From: Lingula anatina
Lineage: Eukaryota; Animalia; Brachiopoda
DNA: 64,000 nucleotides
Assembly (NCBI GenBank): GCA_051362555.1
Contig: CM120648.1
Coordinates: 12,458,587-12,522,586 of the forward strand
Direction: 5' to 3'
Part shown: positions 12,577 through 26,900 of the stretch, piece after piece
Position numbering within the stretch: position 1 is the first letter of the stretch
How the letters are laid out: the number at the start of each line of letters is the position of its first letter
Made by a program: the position numbers and the translations under genes
Notes under the pieces: generated by a model
Seen by the model: only the letters and a program-made list of their open reading frames with translations
Databases searched by the model: none
What the model was told of the DNA's origin: nothing

Positions 12577-13352
12577 CAGGGCTCTACAATAACTTTTTCA
12601 GCCACTTGCCCTTTTATATTTCTATATTTTTATATGATTTAAAACACTGAAAAAAGGCTGGATGCTATTACTCTGAAGTTCTAAATAATTGTAGTGTGTA
12701 GAAAAATCTTCCAAAATTATCAATTGTTCTGTCTGAAAAATTGTACTGAATAAAAAAAAAATCTTTCAAAATTAATCATTGTACTGTGCTGAATAATCAC
12801 ACTGCATTGAAAAGGTTTATAATTCCCATTTTTATTGTGAAAAAAAGGCTCTGAAAAAACTTTATTTTTCAAAATATTTCATTTGCTTTTTTTTTTTTTT
12901 AACCTGAAAACAATTAGACAGTGATCTAAGGCGAGAGAAACCCGTCTTACATGTATCTATATTTACATATCTATTAATGAATTTACACATTTTAATTTAC
13001 ACTTAAAAGTATTTGTGATTATTACACTGCTGCTGGGCTTGACGCTTATTTTTCAGGTGACCTGTCCAGTCAGGCATACTGCAGACAAATTTCACTTATC
13101 CCCAGCTAATTTCCACTGTGAACGTGCAAAAGATATCAAGTTATGTAAGACATTTAAAGCTATGATGGCCGCAATCATACGAACTAAAAGTGAAGATTTG
13201 ATTCACTATTTACAAAGATTTCATGACTTTATGAAATTAAATATCCATTCTTTCACATTATTTTGACACTTGCCCATCAGGTGAGTGGACTTGCCCGACA
13301 TCGATGTCTACTTGCCCCGGGCAATCAGGCAATCCTGTTTTGTTGAGCCCTG
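12577..13352. mobile_element. hAT-like MITE
   Basis: CAGGGCTC...GAGCCCTG termini with ACTTGCCC subterminal repeats; TSD not recognisable. Confidence 0.55.
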
Positions 13353-13743
13353 ATATATATATCAGGTTGGTTATTATTTTCTAACTCTAAAGAATGATTC
13401 TTAGGATTGTCATACAGCTCAGAATCAGCTTGATAGATTATTTTTCTTGAATTTATGCAATTTATGTGAAGTTTTTAATTTTGTCATTCTGGCATTTTTT
13501 GTGTGTGATTAAGGCCTCTTATGGGGCCTGAAGCCCTATTCTAGTTCCATATTCTTAATATCTCTGTTACCTTGTGTGTATAAAACCATTATTAAAATAT
13601 CAAAATTGACAAAATTATCCTTTTTTGGCCTTGTCTGGTAATTTGCCAGCTTTACTGCCTTCTTTAACCATCATAACAGTAGGTGATAAAATTTAAGTCT
13701 TTAAAAAAAAATAAAAGAACCATTCTCTCTTCTTCCATTCCAG

Positions 13744-14006
13744 GCCACCACCTCCCAGTCATGGACAACATCCTAGGTATTGGATAGGTCTGCACCAGAT
13801 CGGTAGACAAATACCTGAGGTCTTGCGATGGGAGGACTTTGAATTTCTTGAATTTCTGTCACCAGGAATATACAGCAACATATGCCCCACTTGTGTTCAC
13901 GCAGACTATGATGGCTGTAGTGGTTTCTATTTAGATAATGTCTCCTTCCAGTGGATAAGGGGTTCCTGTGCGGATTATCGCTATTATATATGTGAAAAAA
14001 TTCCAG
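13744..14006 (+). CDS. PKD1-like exon: C-type lectin domain, C-terminal half (phase 2-1)
   Basis: YWIGLHQ...LRWED...C...W...C..YYICEK; CAG acceptor, GT donor. Confidence 0.8.
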
Positions 14007-17000
14007 GTGGGATTCAAAGTGAAATTTGATGATTATTTGTAATATATATAAAAGAAATACTGTACATGATTCCAATCAGCACCTTAAAATTTTCATCCAT
14101 TTTTCTTCTACCTTCAGTCTGTCTGTTCTATTTGCCCTAATGTTTTAGAGTATTTTCCTTGGGCTACCTGTAAATAATAAATCATATTTTAGATAGTGGG
14201 CTATCTATTTTTGTAATCATTTTCACAAGTGTAGACATTTTGCAGACTCCTAAAAAAGCTATAACCTTTGTCTACACATTAGTCCGGTTGCTTAGGGCAA
14301 AAAATGGCCAAATCGTGACACGGCGGATAAAAGCTCCAAATTTTGCATGTGGGTACCTTTTGACATACTAAATCAAATAAGAGCCGTAGCTAGCCCACGG
14401 AAAAAATTACCGTTTGGCCAAAAAATCCAATATGGCTGCCAATTTGTGAAATTCTGTAGTATTTTCTCAATGATTTCCACATCCTTATTACCCATATTAT
14501 GCATATGTGTCAGATAAGAAACAAGTGTCCTTGGACTTTTTGAAAAATCCAAGATGGCCGCCATATGGCATAGGAATACTAGATTATGTACACGGGTTTT
14601 CAACTAACTAATGCCAACTAGGAAGATGCATTGCCCACTATCTAATTGATTTTTATTACACAAATAATATATTTGTGGTGAGTAACTAACCTTTATTCTC
14701 AGGCATTTCGAGAAAAATCAAAGATGGCCGCCATATCAAAGGAATACTAGTATACACATAGGGCTTCTTCTGCCATGGAGATATAATATTAATTGATAAG
14801 TTAGGTTTGTTTCTGAGTATTTTCCACATCTTTTTAATTAACATAATATATATATGATGAGAATGTTATGTTTATCCTTTTTGAAAAGAAAACAAAGCAA
14901 AATAGCTGCCATTAGCCATAGAAGGTGGGGTTCAGTTAAGGACGTCCTCTCATATTAGCTTTTTTTGCGATCTGCGCAGATTTCGCGCATCAGTAGTTTT
15001 TTGCGATAGCGGCTAATGATAAACATATAACATGCAATAAAATACGTAATTCACCCTTTTAAGAAATCAGTATGAAATCTTTGATGTTATTTTGGTCGAA
15101 GCGCTACGAATGTGTCAACAATGCGTTGCGTATCTGTGAACGCTTGGTCTTTTACGACGTAAAGTACCCACTTGGGACTTTGTTTACAAATGCCGCAATG
15201 TAAGAAATTACGTGAAGACGGGATGGAAAAAAGCGTTTTAGTAAGGCTTGTATAGCAGTGACAAGATCTTATCTCACGGAAAGTAATCACAATGGTTTGC
15301 ATTTTGACCACAAAGTGTATTGTGGTGATTTGTCACATGGTTACGATGTGTGCAACAAGACATTGTCTTCTTTAGCATTGGTTTCCGATCACCCAGGGCC
15401 AAGTTACCGTGATTTGTATGCTGAAAAATAATTCTCTTCTTTCACAATGAGTTAAAATAATAAGACGCATGGCGTTTTGTTGTTGATTTAAGTATGTTAT
15501 TGAACAATATGACCTGCAAACAGTGCGATTTTCAGCTCTCCAGGAAAGATGCAACAGGTGTGCACCTGCCTGGCGTGCTGCGACGTCATTCTTGTAATTG
15601 TTTTGTTAAAGTGCAAATGGACAAAACCATAAAACACACAACAGAGGACCAAGGGTTTTTATGCAGATACATGTAATACTTTTTTGATGCTAGGAAAATA
15701 AACAGTATATTTTAGAAGATAAAGTGTACTTTATTCCAACTTTATCCTAATTTACCCAATCATGTAAACAAGAGATCTAGCTGATTGACTTTAGTTTGTA
15801 AATTTATTACTTCACAGAAATTATTCAGCCCATAATGCATTAGAAGATAGTCTTGAGTTACAAAATTTAGTTAATTTTTGCAATGATGAAAGTGAAGAAA
15901 ATCCTTTTTTTCTGATTTTTTTATTTTATCCCAGTCAACTGACTCAATCCTGTGTGAAACCTTTACCAAATTCTGTAGAAAACCTTGTTTGTAAAAAAAT
16001 AATTTCTCCATGTGTAGGAAAAAAAATAAAGCTGTCAGGGTTAACATATCAGCATTTGTATATTTCTTTTCAAAGAGAAGGTCTAGATGGTCTTTATTTT
16101 CTTCTCAGTGAAATCAATCCAAACACAAAAAAAACACGAGTAACAAAATGCATGAAAGTCATTAAAAAATTGTATGATTTTTTTAATGTGTAATTTTAAA
16201 ATAAATATGCATATTTATATGCTATTGATATGTATTTGGTTGTATGTTGTAAATTTAATATGAAACAGAAATAAACTGATAATCGAAGATGTCTGTAGAT
16301 GAGTATTTTTGTCACCATCTTCCATGTATAAAGAAGAAATATGACTAACTTACCATAGTAAGAAATTGATTAATAATATTGTTAATATACAAAGGAAACA
16401 ATTTATCCAGCTATCTTACCATAAAGTGCATATTTTAGTACTGAGTAAGAAAAATAAAGAAATAAAAGAAATAATAATTAAAAGGAATAAGAAAATAAGT
16501 CACATGTGATTGATATATATCCTTTTGGACAGCCTATGAAAAATCCAATATGGCGGCATTCCATGAGGCATACTGAAATCCGACTGATACTTTCAACGTT
16601 TGGCTATCTATTTATTATGAATGGGATATGCAAACTTTATGAAATTTGGTTAGCTGATGCAGAGAAGTATAAATATAATTTACATGGAAGCAAAATAAGT
16701 GTATGAGTTTAAAACCCACGAGACAAAACATATTTATTTAAATTTGCTTGGAAATTCCCATTGATTCCTATGTAAATTTGATAAAAAGTCGATGTTCAAG
16801 CAGCTCTGGCTCAAAAACAAGCGTGGTGTGGTACATATTTTTTGTAAATTTCTGAGGTCTACCAAGATCTATAACATATCCACATAAAATTAAAATCGCT
16901 AGGGCAGAATTTTTTATTTTTGCATTTTTCAGCAAAATTAAGGGCATTTTGGCAAAATCCCCATATAACGCTATGTAGTAAACATAGCGTTTTTCGGGAC

Positions 17001-20000
17001 GCCACCTCTCGAAAACGAGCGTGGGGACCCCCAATTTTTTTTTCATATTTTTTACTCATATGGTAAGAAGATTTTGTCTTACAATTTTAATCAAAATCGC
17101 TAGGGCAGAAATATGAAATCTGAAATATGAGAGGGTGTCCCTAATACCAGCGGGAGATAGGCTTACATATAAAATGAAGCTGAATTCAGTTGTTATGCTG
17201 TTTTTTTTTTCATTTTTTTAGTATTATTATCCCATGATACATATCTGTTAGGTAATTAATGTCCATATTTTATCATTTTGGGGAAATCCAAGATGGCCTT
17301 CTTTTCCCCATAGGAAAACTGGTGCATTAGATTTTATACGCACTTCTAAGGCAAATGAGGGTAATCATATTTTGTCAAAATGCTTAAGGGTATACACTTG
17401 TTACCCACCAGATAGATATCTCAAAGTCCAAAAAGAATGTGGGAAATACCGAGAAACAAAATTAATTTTACATTAATTGAACCCAATGTCTCTCTGGCAA
17501 TAATTGAATGTACTATTCCTATTGTGAATTGCAGCAATCTTGAATTTTCTCAAAAGCGCAAGGTGCACACTTGCTACACATCATATTTATATAGAGTAAG
17601 GTTAATAAGGATGTCAACATGTTTGAACATCAAACGGCTTTATTTCATGTTGGAATCAATCTCTGAACTGTTCCATTAATTGACACCTATTTGCATTTGA
17701 ATGATATATTCCTATCACAACTGGCAGCTATCTTGGGTTTTCTCTGAATGATACTCAAGGATACATACACTTTTTACACACACAGAGTCTTTCATAAGGA
17801 TAGATAGGATATGAAAAACATTTAAAAATGATCTAAAGTTAACTGCATTTAAATTGTTCTCAGGGGATCTCTGGCATTATTTGATTATGTGTTCGAATAT
17901 TCTAATGACAAAAGGCAGACATCTTGAATTTTTCCAGAATACTCAAAGATACACACATGCTACCGACCAGGTATACATCATAGGAATAATAATAAATGGA
18001 ATGAAAAACATAAATTATCTTTTAAACAAACCCATGGTAATGTAATTGTATAATAAACCATGTGCCTCTCTAGCAGTAATTGAAACCCACCCATTTGTAT
18101 TCCTATGTCAAATTGTTGCTATCTTGGATTTTCTCAGAATATCCAAGGATGTACACTATTTACCCATCAGTTATATATCATAGGACTAATAAGGATGGGC
18201 AAAACTTGATAAGCAAACACAATTTCACCCTGGTAGTAGATGAAAAGCCATGGATGTGCAGTTGTAATTCCAGTAGTATTCTTATGGCCATTGACGGCCA
18301 TCTTGGATTTTCTCAAAATGATCAAATATGCACATTTATTACCTGCTAGATATGTATCACAGTGTAATAATTATGTGTAAAACACTAAAAAAAAGCAAAT
18401 TGAATTTGATAGTGAATTAGCTGGCATTAGTTCCAACCCTCTGTAATACTAGAAGTATTCCTATGGCATATGGCGGCCATCTTGGATTTTCTCAAAATGC
18501 CCAGGAATACATGTTAGTTACTCACCACATACATATTGTGTGGGTGGAAAGGATGTGGAAAACACCCAGAAACAAACTTAATTTGATAGTGGAAAATTAA
18601 TCTTTCCAGTTGCCATTAGTTGAATCCCCCGTATAGTAGTATTCCTGTGGCACATGGCAGCCATCTTGGATTTTCCAAAATGCCCAAGAACACTTCGTAG
18701 TTACTCACCACAAACATTATATGTGGGTAACAAAAATCTGAGAAACAGACTTAATTTGATAGTGGATAACGTATCTTTCTAGCTGATATTAGTTGTGCAC
18801 TAGTATTCCTATGGCTGTTTCTATGGCACATGACAGCCATCTTGGATTTTTTCAAAAAGTCCAAAGGAACTTGTTTGCTATCTGACATATATGAATAGAA
18901 TGGGTAATAAGAGTGTGGAAAACTCTGAGAAAATAATTTATTTGATAAAAATCAACATAGGTATGTACACATTTCTGTAGAATTCCATAAATTGGCGGCC
19001 ATTTTGGATTTTTTGGCCAAACGGTAATTTTTTTTTCCCGTGCGCTACGACTCGAGCTTATTTGATTTAGTATGTCAAAAGGTACCCACATGCAAAATTT
19101 AGTGCTTTTATCCACCGTGTCACGATTTTTTCCTTAAGCCACCGGACTAATCCCGGTGGTGAAGATCATGTATGGTTTGTAGACTTTTAAAGTTGTGATT
19201 AAAATGGATGACCCCTTGGTATTCAAATATTTCTGGCTATTGAAAGAATTTAGTTTAAGAGAGAGGAGTGATATTAAAACTCCTACTACAGCATCAGGTG
19301 AATTCAATAAAACTGGCTGTTTTAGCAGCAGATTGCCTTTTAATTATTTGCATATAGGCATCTGTTCTATTTCTGTTTATTTGATTTTAGTTCCTTCAAG
19401 GTGTGAATTTCCAAGCACCCCTCCAAATACTCTAGAACCACTGGGTGGGAATTTGGAAGGAGATGTTATAAATTACACCTGTCAAACAGGTTACACACTG
19501 ATCTCTGGAGACCTGACAAGGACATGTCTAACTGGTGGAATATGGAGCAGTTCACCCCCTGTCTGCGACTGTAAGAATATGGTGGAATTTTTAATTATTT
19601 TTATTTGCCAATATTTTTGAATTAATATTTTACATTTCACTCAGCTTAAACCTTTGAAAACCTTTGAACAATGATCTGGCAGGTAAAGGTCAAATTGTAG
19701 TCTAGGGAAATATGATTGGTCATTTTTGGCAGAATTTTGTTATTATAATGTAATACATGTACATGTATGTTCATTTATCTAGAAATAACACTTCATTGTA
19801 AGATAAACATAACTTTAGAAATCTGCAGAAAAGGGATGCAGCAGAAGTTTTTTTTTTCATTCATTTATCTTTTCCATTTGCTTGCTTTATTTATTATTTT
19901 AAGAGACACAGCTTAAGGTTAAAAACACCTTTTGTGTACAAACACATTATCACCCAATAAAGAGGTACAAATAAGGTCACAGGCATGCTCTTAAAATATT

Positions 20001-23000
20001 TAGTGCACATATTGCAAACTATTTTTGATTATTTTAGGGTCCTGCATGAAGAAATTTATGTCAAAGTTTCACCATCCTGGAACCATGAATAATAAAAAAT
20101 AATTCACCGTCTAGCCCCAAAAATGAACATACTGTCAGAAATTCAAAACATCCAGCTTTGAGACATTTTGCTCACTTTGAAAATTCAATCATCTGTGGGT
20201 TTGTTCTATGATTTTTATTCTTTTTTATTCTTTGTTTAGAAATTTTCTCAGCCGCAGTTAAGACTGACCCTGACGTAAATGGAATTAATATAAACAATAC
20301 GGAGTTTCTTATTACGTCTTATGCAGAAGATACAACTCTTATACTGGGAGACCATGAGTTCTCCTTGAACAGGCTCCTCTATTTAATCACTGCATTCTCT
20401 GAATGTTCGGGCCTGAGAGCCAATCTTGAAAAAAAAAGAAGCAATATGGATTGGGGCCAATAGAGGATGTTACGAAAAAATCAAAACTGAAAAAGAAATA
20501 AAATGGAATCATGAAGGTGCATTTGCTTGGTATAAAATACGAATTGACAAAAAGTAACCATTGGGAAATTAACTTTATAGAAAAAATTGAAAAAATAAAA
20601 AATATCGTGGAAGTTTGGTCCTTGAGAAATCTTTCAATAATAGGAAAGGTAACAGTGGTTAAAACTTTAATATTTCCTATCTTGGTGCATATACTAACTG
20701 CCCTGCCAAACCCCTCAGACCATATCTTTAAAACTATAGATACAATCATATTTAACTTTATCTGGAATGGGAAAAGAGACAAAATAAAACGAGCAACAAT
20801 GGTGTCTGATTACGAAAATGGAGGGCTTAAGGTACCACAAATAATTTTTTTTACTAAGGCACTAAAACTTTCATGGCTAAAAAGACTTTTGGACAAAAAA
20901 AAAAACAAAAGCAAGTGGAAAGTGCTCTTTCTCAGTGAACTGTCTGAAATCGGGGGTCATAAAATATGGACCTTGACAAAAGGTGGATTAAAAATGCTAC
21001 AAGCAACAAATAACCCCTTTTGGCAAAACATTATTGATTCTTTGAGTGAAATTCAGGAAAACCGCAGTATAACCCCAGAAGAAATCTTATCACAACCACT
21101 ATGGAAAAACTCAAAAATTAAAACAAATGAAAAAACTATCTTCCATAAAAGTTGGTGTAAAAATGGTATTTTAATTAATGATATTATAAATAATGTTGGA
21201 AATTTCCTCTCTCTAGAGGAACTCAACGAAAAATTCAACCTAAACGCAAACTTTCTGGAATACTTGAGTATTCAAAAGGGCATACCATCTCCACTAATGG
21301 AAGAAAATTACAAAGTGTTCCATGAAATAATTGACTCTATTAAAAAAGCTACCAAACCATCCAGATTCTTCTATAGAAAATTCCTCCAAGGCCACACTAT
21401 ATCATCACACAAAAATAAAAGTAAATGGCACGAAAATATTAAAAAATCCTTAAGTAATGACGATTGGCAACTAATATTTAGATCCCCCTTCTAAGAAACA
21501 GATGACATGAAACTACAGACGCTTCAATTTAGAATAAATCACAGAATATTTAGTACAAATGTTTATCTTATGAAAATTTCTAAAAAAGAATCAGAACAGT
21601 GTGAATTTTGTAATGCTGCCAGAGAAACTATTCTTCACGCGTTCTGGGATTGCCCTCATGTACAGAATGTTTGGACGTGTGTCATTTGTTCCGTAAAAGA
21701 AAATTTAGGCATTGTAGTTGAGAGATCTCCCGAGATTTTTATACTCGGGCTTGTGCAATCATATGACATAAAAGTTTTTATCTACTTATCTAAATAATTA
21801 AGAAATATATTAGTTTATGTAGAACGAAAACAGAAATCCCAACATGGGAAGGAACTAGACAATACGTAAATAAGGCCACACTTTTTTATTTTTATGGATG
21901 ACATCCTTCGCGCGCACCGATTTTCGCCCGTTCTCCAAAAAAAAAAAAAAAACAAAAAAAAAAGAAAAAAAACAAATCCCCCCCCCCCCAGCCCCCAACG
22001 AAGTCGGTTGTCGCAAACGTTGTTATTGAATTTGCCAGGAAATGAGCTTTCTGCGCATGCGTATTATAGCCACGTGGAAATGTGGCCGCTTTGCCGTCAA
22101 ATTCATCTCTAGGATTACTTTCAAATTGCACGACAATTAAAGTCATAAAGAGAACGGATGCCGTCGTTTTGGATTGGTATGCCATTGATATTGGGCATGG
22201 AGATATCACCTTTTTACAATTGTGCGAAAGGCTGGCGGCCGCCAGCGATTATCGCCCGAAAAATTTCAGTGACATTCTGTACAAAGCAGCACATAGGCTA
22301 CCAGGTTTTCTGAAGCGAAAAAAGGGTCGACAAGGGTGTCGAGGTATTTGGTGGGCTGAAGGTCAGACAGGCCACCTGACAGTTTGGCCGTGTGAGTCGA
22401 AGTAAAAATGGCATCGTCCGAAATGACCTTTAATAGATTTGGTAGTATTAAGCATATCTTTGCAGCATTTTTTAAACATTTCTGTGAAGTGTTCGAAATG
22501 CTTTAATATTCTGAGAATACAAAAAAAAGACACACTGTTTGATATTTGTTTTATTGATTGTTATACCAACAAAATGCATGAAATAACCTTAATAGATTTT
22601 GTAATAAGAAGTATATCTATTCATGACTTTTTTAACATTTCTACGAAGTATTCACAATGCTTTAATATTTTGAGAGTATGGATAAAGACATATTGTTAGT
22701 TTGATATGTGTTTCTGTGGTAAAAATTGTGTTTCCAGCTGTGTACTGACAGTATTCATTTACTTAAACAGTATTTTTTTTGGACTGTTTTTTTTTTTTCG
22801 CCCTCTCGCACCGATTTTGGGGTACCCAGAGGATGTGATCCATAAAAATAAAAAAGTGTGGCCTTATTACAGAAAAATTTGTTTATATTCTTTATATATG
22901 TATACCGAACAAAAACAACAACATGTTAAAATAAAATGGTAAAAACATTGATCGCATATTACAAGCAACAAGCTGATGATATAGGCCTACCTCTTAGAAT

Positions 23001-23914
23001 TCAATTGTAAGGTTAACAACATGAATTGTCAATCTCTACCCATTTATGCAAAACTGTAACTGTACAACCCTTTTTTTTTTTTTTTTGCTGAGAGAGAAAG
23101 AGAGTCCAAGTATGTAAATGTGTGTCAGTGTGTGTGTGTGTGTATTTGTGTGCGATTCATAAGTCAAAAAATGTAAGATTATATATTTATTTGCTAATGA
23201 ATAAAAAAAAGTTTCACCATCCTGGAACCATGAATAATAAAAAATAATTCAGCATCTAGCCCCAAAAATGAACATACTGTCAGAAATTCAAAACATCCAG
23301 CTTTGAGACATTGTGCTCACTTTGAAATTTCAATCATCTGTGGGTTTGTTCTTTGATTTATCTCCTACGACTATAATGTTATAAAAATTATGATAATCTT
23401 CTGTATAATTATTTTTCTGTGACTTTATCGGTAGTTTACTTAATTGTCACTGAATATTAAAGGGATAATAACTCTTCGTTTCGGCCAAAAAATGAATTTT
23501 CTTGGAGTAAACAACAATTTTCCCATACTTACCAATGGTTAATGAATCCATTTTTACATTCAAGGTTAGTCCCTGGTTTTTTTCTTAAAAGTTTGGTTTT
23601 TTGTTAAAATCTCTTAAGAGATTTTAACAGAGTATAGCCATCAATGGAGGTCACGTGGTCTAAAGACAAGCTCAGATATCAGAATTATAGCTATAACTGC
23701 CGTTTTTGTGGTAGAACAGAATATATTATATTTCTATGAGTTATTCACAATGTTTTTATTGTGAAATATAGATCTCATACGAAGAGTTATTATCCCTTTA
23801 AATAATCAAGGAAAATACACCCTACTGATAGTAAAATAAGCATTTGAAAATAAACTAGTTTTCAACTCATCATCCAAATATAATATTCAGAAATGTTAAA
23901 CTATCATAGCATCG

Positions 23915-23971
<57 letters not shown>

Positions 23972-26900
23972 CATATCTCAAAAGAGTACAGACATCAACA
24001 AAAAATACAAAATTGATAAATAACTAAATAAAAATCACTCTCACTCGCTCTCTCACTTACTCACAAAGAGACAGTCATTTGCAATATATATAGATACTGT
24101 ATCATTTAAAATATTTTTCAACAACGATATATTGATAATCTAAGTAAAATACTTGATAATACTTAATAAATAATATGATCTAATTCAGATAAAAACTAAT
24201 ATGCGTTTTACTATCAAATATCGGCAGAGGAACATACGATAGAAGATATCAGTCCAGGAAGAGAGGCTGCAACTTCCATTTTTCATTAAATTTCTCTATT
24301 GTCATGTTTCTCAGACTTATGTTTCTCTCTGCGATGTAGGCCTGTCTCCATTCTATTTTAATATTTTCTATGTTCGGGGTAATGTCTTTCATTTTAAATT
24401 TATATATAATAAATTTTGTTATGATCAGCAAACTGTTGAGCGCACTGCACTTCAAATTTGGAATTCCTAGAATTATATCAGATGCTGTTAGTTGTAATAC
24501 TTGTCCAGTCTTTAAGTGGATCCAGTCTTGTATTTGTGCCCAAAGGGGAGCAAATACTTTGCACTCAATAAATAAGTGTTGAAGAGTTTCAGGGTGTTCG
24601 TTACAGAAGGAGCAGGTCTCTGTGTCTTTTATCCCAATTTTTCATAAAAAATTATTTGTAGCTAAAATTCTTTTTGATACTCTAAATTGAAACCAGCGCA
24701 GTTTAGTATCTAAAGTACATTGGAAAGGAATGTTATTCAAGATTTCCCACTCTTCAGCTGTGAGAGTTTCTTTAGAAAAGAGTTCCCATTTTGACATTGC
24801 ATTAGTCTTTTTCATTTCGTTTGAGTTCAAAATATTGTAAAAAGGTTTCCCTCCTTTTGTAAATTTTAGTAACCATTTAAGTGGGTTGAAATTATAGGGA
24901 GCTCAATTTTTTTCGTGTAAATTATCTATGTTCATTTGTTTTTGAAATTTTTTTACTGCGCATATTATACTTGTGAACGTAACATAGTTTATTATATTCC
25001 CGTGACTTTCCTTGAATTGTTCGTATGTGAGGTAATTTCTCTCTGTATCGATCAAGTCATTTATGTTTCTTATACCTATTTTATTACATGTTCTTATAAG
25101 AATAGGATTGTTTTTTATCAGTATTTTATCATTTAGCCATAAACATTCTTTTAAAAATTTTTCTTTTGTATCAATCTTTTTATTGTTTAACAGTCTGCAC
25201 CATGCATCAATGACCTGATTCCAAAAAGCGTTTTTTGACCCGTTCTTAATTTTTTGCATTTCATATATTCCCATTTCAGACCAGTGTACACCCTTACTTT
25301 CCAGGATCAGACTAAGGAAAAAGAAAGACCACTTTGAATTTTTGTGCATGATTCTCCTGAGCCATGAAATTTTTAGGGAATCAATATAGTTTCTAATATT
25401 GGGGACTTTTATACCTCCATTTGAGTATGATTGTGTCATTATATCTCGTTTTACTCTTTCAGTTTTTCCATTCCATAAAAAATTAAAGCACATTTTTTTT
25501 GTATTTTGTCTACATATTTATTTGGTATTGGCAATGTGGAAAATAAATGAGTCATTTTTGGAAGGATCAGTGATTTAAGAATTACATTTCTCCCCAAAAC
25601 TGTTACCGATCAGTGAGTCCATTGTTTCATAATTCTTTCCATATCTTCGAGTTTCTCTCTATAATTTTTTTTAATCATTTCATGTAAATTTACCGAGAAA
25701 TCTATTCCAAGGATTCTGAAAAAAACGTTCATTCCAATCAAGATTCAACTCTTTACACATGCTCTCTTGTGAGTCTTTCTTGCTTCCGAATTAACCAGTT
25801 TAATTTAGTTTTTTGATTGTTCATTTGTAGTCCAGAGAATTGTGAGAATTCATTTAGAACCTTTAGGGTATTTCTTAAACTTTTTCAGTCCCATCCAACA
25901 CAATAGTCGTATCATCAGCATACTGGGAGATGAGAAAAGTTTGATTATTTATTGTAATGCCTTTTATGTTTATTTCATTTTTTAACATGATACTTAATAT
26001 CTCAGCACAAAAAATGAAAAGGTAAGGGGAGATGGGGTCCCCCTGACGGCAACCCCGAGAAAGATTGAAGAAAGAAGAGGCAAAACCATTAACCAAGACA
26101 CACGAAGAGGAGTCTTTCAAGAAGAGCTTTATCCATTTTATGATAAATTCTCCAAAGCCAAAAAATTCAAAGTTTTTTTTTCGATAAAACCCCAATCGAG
26201 CGAATTGCAAGCCTTAGCAAAATTGATTTGCATCAACAGACCTGGTATTTCATGTGCATCACAGTATTCAATTAAATCGAAAATGGTCCGTGTATTCTCA
26301 CCTATGTATCTGCCCGCCATAAACCCATTTTGGTCTTCATTTATTAATATTGGTAGTACTTTCTTTATTCGGTTCGTTATACATGCCGAGGCGAGTTTAT
26401 ACACAACATTAAGTAGTGATATCGGTCTTAGGTTTTTTAATGAATTGGTAGGCTTATTATGTTTTGGTAGAAGGGCGATTTTGCCCTGGGTAAGAGTTAT
26501 AGGAAGTTTGTCTTTTTCATATGCCTCGTTTATACATCTTATCAAAAAACTATACAGTTCTTTCCAAAAGAATTTGAAAAATTTGTATGTAAACCCATCG
26601 GTACCTGGGCTCTTTTCATTTTTCATTTGTCTTAATACTGTATAGAGTTCAGCGTAGTTTATCTTTCCTTCGAGCAAGGATGCTTTGGCTTCGGTTAATT
26701 TTGGAGTTTCAATATTTTCCAATCGAGTTTTTATGTCCACTGATTCATGATTTTGTTTCTTAAATAAATTTTCGTAAAAATGTGCGGTTTCTTTGAGAAT
26801 CTCATTTTGTTCAGTAAGAATATTACCGTTATCTGTTACCAGTTTAGTTATTGACTTATTTGTAAAATTGTAATTTTCCAGTGCCAGAAAGTATTTTGAT

